Source of the DNA: an uncultured Planctomycetota bacterium
GTDB lineage: Bacteria; Planctomycetota; Planctomycetia; Isosphaerales; Isosphaeraceae
Direction of reading: 5' to 3'
NCBI GenBank assembly: GCA_963823665.1
Contig: CAWGMQ010000006.1
Coordinates: 832,001 to 896,000, forward strand
Length of the DNA stretch: 64,000 bases
The position numbers and the translations under genes were made by a program. Below the pieces are notes generated by a model. The model was given only the letters and a program-made list of their open reading frames with translations, was not told the DNA's origin and did no database searches. Of the stretch, positions 32,571-42,617 are shown one piece after another; positions within the stretch are counted from its first letter, which is position 1, and each line of letters starts with the position of its first letter.

Positions 32571-35015
32571 ATGGAGAAGCCTTTGATGCCGCTTTCAACT
32601 GCCCTCTCAGCCCGCATCACGCAGTACCTCCGCGACCGAGGCATTCGTAAACGCCAGAAGGCTCGCGGAGCCCTACGGTCGTCCCGACCCCTGCTCGAAT
32701 TCCTGGAAGATCGAGCCCTGCTCAGCACCGACCTTGTGCTGAACACCAATGATAGCGGCGCAGGATCGTTGCGCACCGCCATCGACGGTGCCAGTTCCGG
32801 CGACACCGTTGCGTTCGCGAGTGATGTCACCGGCATCATCACGCTGACCAGTGGCGTCCTGACTATCACGCAGAACCTGGACATCGAAGGTCCGGGCGCT
32901 GGTAGCCTCACGATCAGCGGCGACGAAGCCAGCAGCGTGTTCGTAGTCAATAGCGGTGTAAGCGCGACAATCGCGGAACTGACCATCGCCGACGGCTACT
33001 CGGGCTCGTTGCTCGGCGGCGGGATCGATAACAACGGCAGTCTGACGGTCACCAACTGCACTTTCTCGGACAACACGGGCGGGTTCGGCGCCGGCGCCAT
33101 CGAAAATGCGGGCAACCTCTATGTCAGCAACTCCACCTTCACCAATAATGACGTGACCTTTGCAGGCCTTCTCGGCGGAGGCATCGATAACGAAGGCAGT
33201 CTGGCGGTAACCAACTCCACTTTCTCGGGCAACTCGGCCCCCGAGGGCGGCGGCATCTATAACAATGGCACACTGACAGTCACTGGCTCCACTCTTTCGG
33301 GCAACTCGGCCACTTCTGTCGGCGGCGGCATCTACAACCTGTCTTTGTCCGCGCTCGGGGCGCCCGACTCCACTCAGGCGGGCAACTCGGTCGTGGCGGA
33401 CGGCGGCGGCTTCGGCGGCGGGATGAATCTCGACAACACGATCGTCGCCGTGAACACCGCTCCGGCGGGACCTGATGTTTTCGGAACCGTGACCAGCGGG
33501 GGCTACAACCTCATCGGCGACTCCTCTGGCGGCAGCGGCTTCGTGGCCACCGACCTGCTCAACGTCAATCCTCTTCTCGGCCCGTTCCAGAACAACGGCG
33601 GCCCGACACAGACCTTGTCCCTGCTGCCCGGCAGCCCCGCCATCGCCGCTGGAAGTGTCGCCCTGATCCCCCCAGGCATCGCGACCGACCAGCGCGGATA
33701 TGAGCGCATCGTTAACGGCTCGGTCGACATTGGTGCATTCGAGTCGCGCGGTTTCATCATTGCGGTCAAAAGGGGCAACAACCAGGAGGCCCTGGTCAAG
33801 ACGTCATTTGCGGCCCCGCTGGTAGTGACGGTTAGCAGCGCCTATGGCGAACCCGTTCAGGGGGGTGTGGTCAAGCTTACCGCACCCGCAAGCGGGGCGT
33901 CGGCCACGTTCGCCGGCGGCAGCCGCATCGCAGCGATCGACGCCTCCGGCCAGGCCAGCATCGCCGTCGCCGCCAACGGTGTCGCCGGCGGCTACACCGT
34001 GACCGCCTCGGCCGGGGGAAATGCCGTGGCGAGCTTTGGCCTGAAGAATACACTGGGGGCACCCACACAGCTCGTGATCCACACCCAGCCATCGTCAACG
34101 GTCACAGCCGGCCAGGAATTCCCCACTCAGCCGGTGATTTACGAAGAGGACCAGCACGGCAACCTTGAAGCGGGTGATAACAGCACCCAGGTGACGGTGT
34201 CGCTTGCGAGTGGCAGTGGCCCGCTGCAGGGAACGCTCATGGTCACCGTGTCGGGAGGCATCGCCACGTTCACCAATCTGGCCGACAACACGGCTGGGAA
34301 TATCAGCCTCTTGTTCACGAGCGTTCCCGCCCTCGCGTCGGCTATATCCAACATCGCCACGATCAGGCCGGCCGCGGCGAACCAGCTTGTGATCCACACC
34401 GAGCCATCGGTGACGGCCACGACGGGCAAGCCGTTTGCCGCCCAGCCCGTCATTTATGAAGAGGACCAGTATTTCAATCTGGAGACGGGGGATGACAGCT
34501 CGCAAGTGACGGCTTCGCTGCGCACGGGCACTGGCCCGCTTCTAGGCACGACCACCGTGACGGTCGCGGGAGGCATCGCGACGTTCAGCGGCCTCGCGGA
34601 CAGCAAGGCCGAGACCATCGTGCTGCTCTTCTCCAGCCCCGCGCTCGCCAAGGCCACATCCAACCCGATCACCATCAGCTCGGTGTCGGGCCACGCGCAG
34701 ATCGTCGGTGGACTGGCCCAGGTTAAGGTCAGGGAAACAAGCCGGGCCAAGAGCCGCCATGCGATCCGAGGCGGGAGCCTTGCAGCCACACCCAGGCCTC
34801 ACGCCCGCGTCGCGGCGACACGCCGGCCTCACCAACTGACAACCGTGTCGACAGGTGAGGCATTGTCGCTCCAGGCTGTTCCGACCGGAAACCGTGCTCG
34901 AGCCGCTGTCAGAGCGGATAAATCGCCTGCACGAGTTGCAGCCGAGCTGAAGAACCGCCTGCTGGCCTATCTCATCGCGGAGAGCCATCTTTCTAACTTC
35001 TTGACGGGCCACTGA
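32571..35015 (+). CDS. Secreted beta-helix (GGAI/FxxN) protein with choice-of-anchor-Q-like motif and Ig-like repeats
   Basis: LEFLEDRALLS; NTNDSGAGSLR; GGGIDN repeats; NNGGPTQT...GSPAI...DQRG...DIGAFE; two QLVIHT(Q/E)PS...QPVIYEEDQ repeats. Confidence 0.85.
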   Translation: MEKPLMPLSTALSARITQYLRDRGIRKRQKARGALRSSRPLLEFLEDRALLSTDLVLNTNDSGAGSLRTAIDGASSGDTVAFASDVTGIITLTSGVLTITQNLDIEGPGAGSLTISGDEASSVFVVNSGVSATIAELTIADGYSGSLLGGGIDNNGSLTVTNCTFSDNTGGFGAGAIENAGNLYVSNSTFTNNDVTFAGLLGGGIDNEGSLAVTNSTFSGNSAPEGGGIYNNGTLTVTGSTLSGNSATSVGGGIYNLSLSALGAPDSTQAGNSVVADGGGFGGGMNLDNTIVAVNTAPAGPDVFGTVTSGGYNLIGDSSGGSGFVATDLLNVNPLLGPFQNNGGPTQTLSLLPGSPAIAAGSVALIPPGIATDQRGYERIVNGSVDIGAFESRGFIIAVKRGNNQEALVKTSFAAPLVVTVSSAYGEPVQGGVVKLTAPASGASATFAGGSRIAAIDASGQASIAVAANGVAGGYTVTASAGGNAVASFGLKNTLGAPTQLVIHTQPSSTVTAGQEFPTQPVIYEEDQHGNLEAGDNSTQVTVSLASGSGPLQGTLMVTVSGGIATFTNLADNTAGNISLLFTSVPALASAISNIATIRPAAANQLVIHTEPSVTATTGKPFAAQPVIYEEDQYFNLETGDDSSQVTASLRTGTGPLLGTTTVTVAGGIATFSGLADSKAETIVLLFSSPALAKATSNPITISSVSGHAQIVGGLAQVKVRETSRAKSRHAIRGGSLAATPRPHARVAATRRPHQLTTVSTGEALSLQAVPTGNRARAAVRADKSPARVAAELKNRLLAYLIAESHLSNFLTGH
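34068..34680 (+). repeat. Intragenic tandem duplication of an Ig-like domain (about 105 aa units)
   Basis: QLVIHTQPS..QPVIYEEDQHGNLEAGDNSTQVT..GGIATF versus QLVIHTEPS..QPVIYEEDQYFNLETGDDSSQVT..GGIATF. Confidence 0.75.
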
Positions 35016-35261
35016 AAAACAAGCGGCCGTTGAGAGGTCGGCGCCAAGCACAAGTCTCACCGGAGCGGCGCTCGATCTGCGCGCCGCGACGGTTGCTGCG
35101 TCTTGTTGTAGCAGATCGGGCTTTAGAAAGGAGGCGGACCACGTCGCTTTGAGCCTGCAATTCCGGGTGTTTTTCAGCCAGTCATGCCCGGCGCGGTCGA
35201 CGTCGCAACAGGGCGGCGCTGCCAAGACCGAGCGTCTTCTTTCGCAACAGGAGTTTACGTT

Positions 35262-37137
35262 ATGTCAGCGCTTATGAACATGTCCAAGAAGTTACCGTTT
35301 TCAATGCCGCTCGCGGCGCGATCGCACGCGCCATCAGGCACGCAAGAGGCGATTTCTGCCCGGGGTCGACGTGATGGAGGACCGCACGCTGCTCAGCACG
35401 CTCGTGGTCATGAACAACCAGGACAGCGGCTCGGGGTCGCTGCGCGCCGAGATCGGTGCCGCTCACAGCGGCGACACGATCGCGTTTTCCTCTGGTCTCA
35501 GAGGTCAGACCATCACGCTCTCCACCGGCGAGCTGGAGGTCACCAAGAGTCTGAACATCGACGGCCGCGGCGCGGGCGTGGTATCCGTCAGCGGTGGTGG
35601 TGCCAGCCGTGTCTTCAACATCAGCCAGAACGCAACGGTGAACATCGGGTACCTGACGATCACCGACGGCCTGGTTGTCGCAGACAACGGGGGTGGCATC
35701 CTCGTCGGGGCGGGCTCCGTCCTCAACCTCAACCACGTCGTCGTGACGGGCAATCAGGCCATGGCCGACAGCACGGGCGCCCTCGGGGGCTCGGGCGGCG
35801 CCATCGAGAATTGGGGCACGCTCAATGTGAGCAACTCCACGTTCATCAACAACGAGGCCTTGTTGAGCTCCATCGCCGTGGGGTCTAACGGCGGGGCGAT
35901 CGACAGTGCCGGGCCTTCGCTCTCGGTGACTAATAGTGCATTCACCAGCAACAAAGCGGACGGCACCGCAAACTTGCGAGGCGGCGGCGACGGCGGTGCC
36001 ATCAACACGGATGGCTCGGCCACGACCATCAGCAACTGCACGTTCAACGGCAATCTTGCACTCGGCCGAACCGTCAACGGAGGCGCGGTCAGCGTCGAAG
36101 GTGACCTCACCTCTGCCGACGTGTACATGGGCAATACGACCATCAGCAACTGCACGTTCAACGCCAACCAGGCCATCGCAAGCAACGGGACTGACGACTT
36201 CACCCAACAGTTCGGCGGTCAGGCACTGGGCGGCGCTTTCTATACCGCGTTTGGGGATACGACGACGACGATCACCAACAGCGGGTTTACCGACAACCTG
36301 GCCAAGGGAGGCGATCAGGGGAACAATGAGAGTGGCGTCACCGACGGAAACACCAACGGATTTGTCGGGCTCGGCGTAGGCGGGGGCATCGCCGATTCAG
36401 GCGCCGGGCTCTCGGTCGCGAACAGTTACCTGGTGGGCAACCAGGCTGTCGGGGGTAACTCGGCCATTGGCGCGGGCGGGCTGGCCGCCGGCGGCGGCAT
36501 CCTCAGTGCCGGCTTCACAACGACGAACCTGACCAATGTTATTCTCGACGGCAATCTGGCCAAGGGCGGCATCGGCGGCCCGGGTTCCGTCGGAGGCGCC
36601 AGTACAGGCGGCGGTTTCTACAATGGTATTGACGCGGGCACGGTCGACGTGGTTGGTGCGACAGTCTCGACCAGCCTGTTCCTCGATAATTTGGCCGTGG
36701 GCGGCGCCGGAGGCCAGGGGGCCGCGGGCGGAGTCGGCGAAGGCGGTGCCATCGCGAATGGCGGCGGATTCGGTGATCTGGTGCTCGTGGCCAATAACCT
36801 CGGTGCCGACACAAGCTCACTGACGCTCGACCAGAGCACGCTGATCTTCAACGTGGCCTCAGGCGGCAAAGGCGCGAGCGGCGCCAACGGCGGGAACGGT
36901 GGCGGCGGCGGACTCTTCGCCGATCCGGACACGACCGCTACAATCTCCAATAGCTGGCTTGGGGCTAACCAGGCGACCGGTGGCCAAGGCGGCTTCGGTG
37001 GTACGAGCGGCGAGGGGCTTGGCGGTGGCCTTGATGTCGTGGCCGGGGCCGGCGTCTCGCTCAAGAAAACGAAGGTCGCGGGCAACAACGCCACCACCAG
37101 CGGCAACGACGTGCTCGGGAGCGTCACTTATCTCTGA
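35262..37137 (+). CDS. Secreted Gly-rich beta-helix protein (frameshift in leader near 35300-35370)
   Basis: AGGAG RBS; RRRFLPGVDVMEDRTLLS; NNQDSGSGSLR; GGAI/N-x-A-x-GG repeats. Confidence 0.8.
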
Positions 37138-37152
37138 GAGCCAAGTTCGGAA

Positions 37153-37201
37153 AGCCTGTGGAGGCGGAGCCTCCGCAGGCTGGTTCCGCAGCAGACTGCG
37201 G
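37153..37201. repeat. REP-like double hairpin just after the stop codon (possible terminator)
   Basis: AGCCTGTGGAGGC-GGA-GCCTCCGCAGGCT (13-bp stem, one G-T pair), then CCGCAG-CAGA-CTGCGG. Confidence 0.55.
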
Positions 37202-37401
37202 CCGGCAATCGGTCTGTCATTCGGCTGGGAGGCCGCGTGCCAGCAATCGGCGTTCGGCCTGAGCCTCGCTTGAATCGCGACGCCTGCCAGGCCGCTCGCG
37301 GCTTTTCGCTCCGCGGTGAGCCGGGGGATCGCCGGATTACAACGATGAGCGTGCGTCCTCCAAGTTGCTGGCTCGGTCTGCGAAACGTTGCGCTTGCGGC
37401 G

Positions 37402-37490
37402 TTGCCGGGACAGGCGAATTGGTTCCTGGCACCTTTTTCGGCTCTATGGCATTGCCGGGACGGGCGAATTGGTTCCTGACACCTTTTCCG
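37402..37490 (+). repeat. Direct repeat, 2 x 39 bp with 50-bp period, containing GGTTCCTG(A/G)CACCTTTT
   Basis: 37402-37440 versus 37452-37490, 3 mismatches. Confidence 0.85.
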
Positions 37491-39844
37491 CGAGCGGCTC
37501 CCTGAACGGCTTGCCGTGTTCCACCATGTGGTCGATGCGCTTGAATGTCGCTTCGGTCTTGACCAGCTCCATGAAAGCGGCGCGCTCGAGGTCGAGCAAC
37601 TGCTGCTCGCTCAGCGCGCGTATCATATTGGTATTCCCACCGCAGAGTACGGTGGAGAGTGCTCTGGAGACGACCGCGTCGTGCCCTGTGATTTTGCCCT
37701 TGCGCGCTAACTCATCGGCCTTGCCGTCGATGATCCGCTTCAACAGTGCACCGGGAAGATGCACGGTCCGCGGCTTCGGCGGCGAGTAATCCTTCGCCAT
37801 TTCGCAGGCAGCGTGCCTTGGCGTCGGCCAGAAGGCGCGAGCGGTTCATGGTGATGCCGTCACCCGCACGCAGGATTTTCATGCTCACGCGCTTCGTCGA
37901 TGGAATTCGCGACTCTGCATCTGGCGATGTTCTGGAAGACTTTCGGAACGTGCCTGACCACGGGGAACGACTGACGCATCAGCATTTGCGTGCAGCCGCC
38001 CCAGGCCGGAACCAGCCCGACGGCCGGCTCGACCAGGCCGGGAAAGGAATTGGCATGCGCCTGGATGGCATCGCTGTGCAGCAGCAGCTCGCAGCCGCCG
38101 CCCAGCGCCTTGCCGGCGAGCGCCGATACGACCGGGAACGGCGCAGTATTTCAGCCCCTGCATGGCATGCTGTCCGGCCTTGATCGCATCGTCGATCTCT
38201 GTCCAGTTCCGCTGCGCCGGCTGCGCCGCCTCGCGCAATAATCTCAGATCGGCGCCCGCCGAGAACGTGTCGCTGTCGTTGCCGATCACCAGCCCCTTGA
38301 ATCTTTTGTCCGTGCCGAGTTTGATGGCGTCCCCGATGATCTTCAGCACATCGGGCGTGATCACGTTGTCCTTCGTGGTCAACTCGAGGCAGGCGATCCC
38401 GTCGCCCATGTCCCACAGCGATGCGTCCTTGTTGCTGGCCAGAGGTACCGGCGCGCGGCGTTTGACGTCCTCCAGGGTCAGATAGCCCTCGGGCGTTTCG
38501 ACTGGCGTGTATTTTCCGTCGGTGCCGATCGCCAGGCGTTTGCCGCCGTCGCGTGATGTAAAGGCTCTTGCCGCGGGCGGTTTGGAGGAGTGTGCGGAAC
38601 GGCCCGGCCTTCCTCCTCGAGCTTGCCGATGAACCAGTCCACGCCCAGCTTGTCGATCATCTCGAATGGGCCGTGCTTCCAGTTATAGCCCTTGCGCATG
38701 GCCTCATCGACGGCGGCAATGCCGTCGGCGATGGCGGGAACCAGCGAGGCGGCATAGCGGAGCGTATCGGACAGCACCGCCCAGGCATACGGGCCAGCCT
38801 CGGGATGCGTCACCAGTGCCTTGATGTCCTCTTTCGCGGGCTCGAGGCCGGTCAGTTCCGCCCTGCGGCCCTGCGCGTGGTATTCGCCGGTGACAAGGTC
38901 CCTGACTTCCTTGATTTTCTGGCCGCCTTCCGTGTTCAGCCGGTAGAACCCGCCTTTGCCCTTGCGTCCGCTATAGCCCTGTTCGATCATGCGGCCAAGG
39001 AGTGCCAGCGTCTTTTCCGGGTCGAGCTTGCGGAGCGGGTCGTCCGCCGGGCAGCGACGACGACGCTGTGATCGTGGACGCGGTATGCAACATCAGGTCG
39101 ATGCCGACCCTGTCGAAGAGCCCGAAGATACCCGTTTTGGGAAAGCCGGCGGGTGCGCCCATCGCCGCGTCGGCCTGCTCGACCGGAACACCCCGCCGCA
39201 CGGCTTCTTCCAGCCCGCGCATCATCCAGTAGCCGCCGATGCGATTGGCGATGAAGCCCGGTGTATCCTTGCACTGCAACACGGTCTTGCCGAGCGACAG
39301 GTCAGCGAAGCGGCGAATGTCGTCGGCTGCGCCCGGGCGCATGTTGTCGCTCTGGACGACTTCGAGCAATTGCGTGAAGCGCGGCGGGTTGAAGAAATGC
39401 GTGATCATGAAATCGCGGGTGAAGCTCTCCGGCATGCCGGAGGAGAGCGCTTGGAGCGGCAGCGTCGACGTATTGGAGGAGACGATCGAGCCGGACTTAC
39501 GGTTTGCGTCGATCTTGCGATAGACGTCCTGCTTGATGCGGACGTCCTCCTTCACGGCCTCGATGATCCAGTCGCAATCCTTGAGCTTGCCCAGATCATC
39601 CTCCAGGTTGCCACACGTGATGAGGCCGGCCCGGCTCGGATACGACAAAGCCCGGGGGGCTGCTTTCCCTCTGTGTCTTGACGGCAGCCTCGGCCAGCTC
39701 GTTGCGGTTTGCCGCTCCTGCGGGGACCAGGTCCAGCAGGATCACTTCCACCCCGGCATCCGCCATCTGCGCCGCGATGCCGCCACCCATGACGCCTGCG
39801 CCGATGATGGCGACTCTTTTGATCTTCGCAACCGTATCAGCCAT
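37444..39844 (-). pseudogene. 3-hydroxyacyl-CoA dehydrogenase/enoyl-CoA hydratase (FadN-like), at least 6 frameshifts (pseudogene or poor consensus)
   Basis: IIGAGVMGGGIA, IIEAVKE, SSNTST, HFFNPPR, KDTPGFIANRIG, FSAGADL, ALGGGCE, LLDLERAAF. Confidence 0.8.
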
Positions 39845-39893
39845 GAGATAAACCTTCTACTGCTCGCCGAAGTGACGCTGCTGACCGCCAAGC

Positions 39894-40439
39894 TTAGCCC
39901 GGCTTTTCGGACAAATGCTCCACCATATGACTCAGGGCTGACCGCATCGACCCGCGGATTACCTCTACGTCAAAACCATCAGCAACGCACTCGAACGTTG
40001 AATCATGGAACGCAAACACAAAATGCCGACGACCGTCAAGAAATCGCTTTTGGTCGTGGCGGGGATGCACGGAGTTCATTCGTTCGAGCTTGCGAATCCA
40101 CGAGGAATTGTGGACTTCGAAGACGGCGTAGGGGTGAAGCCCGCGAGGCTCGAGCGGATGTCCGCTGAATGCCTCATCGTTCGGCGGGCCGAACATATGC
40201 GCTGACGGCCAGTTAAAGCGGAGACAAGCCACAGCCATGCCTCCAGATTCTGGAGAAACTACCTTCACGTAACTGCCGTCCCACGTGGGGTCTGGCTCAG
40301 AAACCAGATGAGCAAGCAAGAGATTGTGTCCGTCGCAAACGACCATCGGGTGCGGCGCGCCGATGTCCGGCTTCGGAACATCTCGTAGCTCAACGACCGT
40401 ATCCAACGAATCTACTTCGTACACCGTCGACGACTCCAT
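39894..40439 (-). CDS. Conserved hypothetical protein
   Basis: Intact ORF; FGPPNDEAFSGHPL, EVHNSSWI, RHFVFAFHDSTFECVA. Confidence 0.7.
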   Translation of the reverse strand: MESSTVYEVDSLDTVVELRDVPKPDIGAPHPMVVCDGHNLLLAHLVSEPDPTWDGSYVKVVSPESGGMAVACLRFNWPSAHMFGPPNDEAFSGHPLEPRGLHPYAVFEVHNSSWIRKLERMNSVHPRHDQKRFLDGRRHFVFAFHDSTFECVADGFDVEVIRGSMRSALSHMVEHLSEKPG

Positions 40440-40616
40440 GGAGCTAACTTGGAATCATGCATCAGAATCACCTAGACGATAGAGTGCTGGCAAGGGCTGG
40501 TCAATTACGAAACCTGTTGTAAACTCAACAGCTTCAGGCGAATTCGGTCCCCCGGATTCTGGCAGCGTTTTTTTGCGAGCCGTTCGGGCAGTCATCGACC
40601 AGGAGCACGCGAAGTG

Positions 40617-41378
40617 ATGAGGTCCGCCCCTCCTCGCCGCGGTGACTACGGCATCGACGCCCCATACGCTCCGCTCTTCTTGGCCTTGGGCGGCGTCTGC
40701 TTGCTCACCCTCTTGGCGTGGCGGATGTGGGACGGCGCGAGCGCGGCGGTGGTGCCGCATCGACTTTCGGTTGTAGGGCTCAGCGTGGGCGCGGTCTGGC
40801 TGTTTCTGAACGCGGGCTGGTACGTCTACGCCACGCGTGCGGGCAAGTTCGCTGTTTGGTCCGACCTCCTCGACGAGCTCGACCTCAAGGGAGACGAGCG
40901 GCTCCTCGACATTGGCTGCGGCCGTGGCGCGGTGCTGCTCATGGCAGCGGGGCGGCTTCCTCGCGGGCGGGCGGTCGGCGCGGACGTGTGGAGCACCCAC
41001 GATCAATCCGGCAACGCCCTGGAAGTTACCCGTCAAAACGCGACGCTCGAGGGCGTGGCCGACCGGGTCGAGCTCCACACCGCCGACATGCGTGCGCTGC
41101 CCTTCGACGACGGCTCGTTCGACGTGGTGGTCAGCTCGCTTGCGATTCACAACGTGTCTGGCGCGGACGAGCGCGCGAAGGCGCTGCGAGAAGCAGCCCG
41201 GGTGCTCAAGAAAGGCGGCAAGCTGGCGATTGTCGATATCCGGAACACGCGCGCTTACGCTGCCGAGCTCGAGGCCTGCGGGCTCAAGATCACAGAGCGC
41301 CGATCGCTCGGCGTGCGCTCCTGGTACGGCTGCGGTCCATGGGTGGCGACCCGCCTGGTCGCCGCGATCAAGCCGTAG
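40617..41378 (+). CDS. Membrane-anchored class I SAM methyltransferase
   Basis: YGIDAP, two TMs, LLDIGCGRG, DMRALPFDDGSFDVVVSSLAIHN. Confidence 0.9.
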   Translation: MRSAPPRRGDYGIDAPYAPLFLALGGVCLLTLLAWRMWDGASAAVVPHRLSVVGLSVGAVWLFLNAGWYVYATRAGKFAVWSDLLDELDLKGDERLLDIGCGRGAVLLMAAGRLPRGRAVGADVWSTHDQSGNALEVTRQNATLEGVADRVELHTADMRALPFDDGSFDVVVSSLAIHNVSGADERAKALREAARVLKKGGKLAIVDIRNTRAYAAELEACGLKITERRSLGVRSWYGCGPWVATRLVAAIKP

Positions 41379-41466
41379 ACGATGCCCAGTGAACTGCCAG
41401 GCTTCGACAGTAAAGTCGCCGAACACAGAACCCCCGGCACAACTCGACACGAGTGCAGCGCGGAAA

Positions 41467-41485
41467 GGTTCCTGACACCTTTTCC
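41467..41485 (+). repeat. Third copy of repeat core GGTTCCTGACACCTTTTCC
   Basis: 19/19 identical to 37471-37489; forms imperfect hairpin GGAAAGGT-N7-ACCTTTTCC. Confidence 0.8.
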
Positions 41486-42602
41486 CCAGCCCGGAGGTTG
41501 GACGGGCGGCGGCACCGGTGGCGTGATCATGCGCAACATGCGCTACTACCTCGAGGACAAACCGCATTACCTGGACGACCCGGACGGGGAGTACTGGTTC
41601 GACAAGAAAGGTGAAGGCGGACGGCTGTACCTCCGCCCCCGCATGACGTCGACCCGAACGTCGCCCGCGTCGAAGCCGGGAAGCGGCCGAACCTCGTGAA
41701 CGGAGAGAAGGTCGAGCACCTCGAGATCTCGGGCCTGACCTTTCGCTTCACGCCCTCGATGTGGGACCTCACTTCCGCGCCCTGGGACTTCAGCACCACT
41801 CCTTGGGGTTTTCGCCCCGACCTGCATCCGGGTTGCGTGCGGATCTGGGGTTCGGGGAAGGGCGTCCGGATTGCGAACTGCCTGTTCGAGCACGTGTTCT
41901 TCCCCATCCGCATTCGGACGCTCGTGGAAGGCCAGCGGGTTGACGACGTGCGTATTGAAGACAATGAGTTCCGCTATACCGACAACGGCATTCTTGCCGT
42001 CGAGGACGGTTCCGGCTGGGGCTACGCAAAACTCCGCGGCCGGCTAGGCGACGTGCGCATCTACCGAAATCGGTCGCTCGAGACCGGCACGCGCCCGCGC
42101 GCTACAGCAACGGGACCGGAATCAGCGTGGCCGGCGCGCGAACGGTCGAGATCGCGGGCAATGTGATCGAACGCTCATATGCCCAGGGCATCGACGTGCA
42201 TGGCGCCAAGATCAGCGGGATGTGGGGCGACGTGCCCTTCACGCGCATTCTGATCCATCACAACAGAATATGGGAGTCAATGCTCAACTGCAACGATTAC
42301 GGCGGCATCGAGACCTGGCAAGGCGGCCCGGCGTATGTCTTTGACAACCGTCGGCAGTGGGCGTCGACGGTTCCGACTCGCTGGCCAACGATGGCGACGT
42401 TCACGTGGGCGGCACGCCGGAAGGACGGTACCTGGACGGGGCACTGGATTTCCTGCGCATTGCGCAGGGGACGCTCTCCGATGCCGATACGACGATCGAG
42501 GAGCTATACGCGTGGGAGTTCGATGCCCCACAGCTTCGCGACTTCACGGGTCGCAAACCAGCCGGCGCTCGGAGTGTCGGCGCCATAGAATTCGCGCCGT
42601 AG
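41486..42602 (+). pseudogene. Fragment of a beta-helix/LamG-type secreted protein: 5'-truncated, frameshifted, probably internally deleted
   Basis: YYLEDKPHYLD..GEYWFD, VRIANCLFEH, NDYGGIETWQGGP, then an abrupt jump to LANDGDVHVGG..LDFLRIA. Confidence 0.6.
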
Positions 42603-42617
42603 ACAGGCGATCGCGAC

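Noticed and set aside
37402..37490. CRISPR array
   Set aside because: Only two units with an 11-bp gap, and no cas genes in the window
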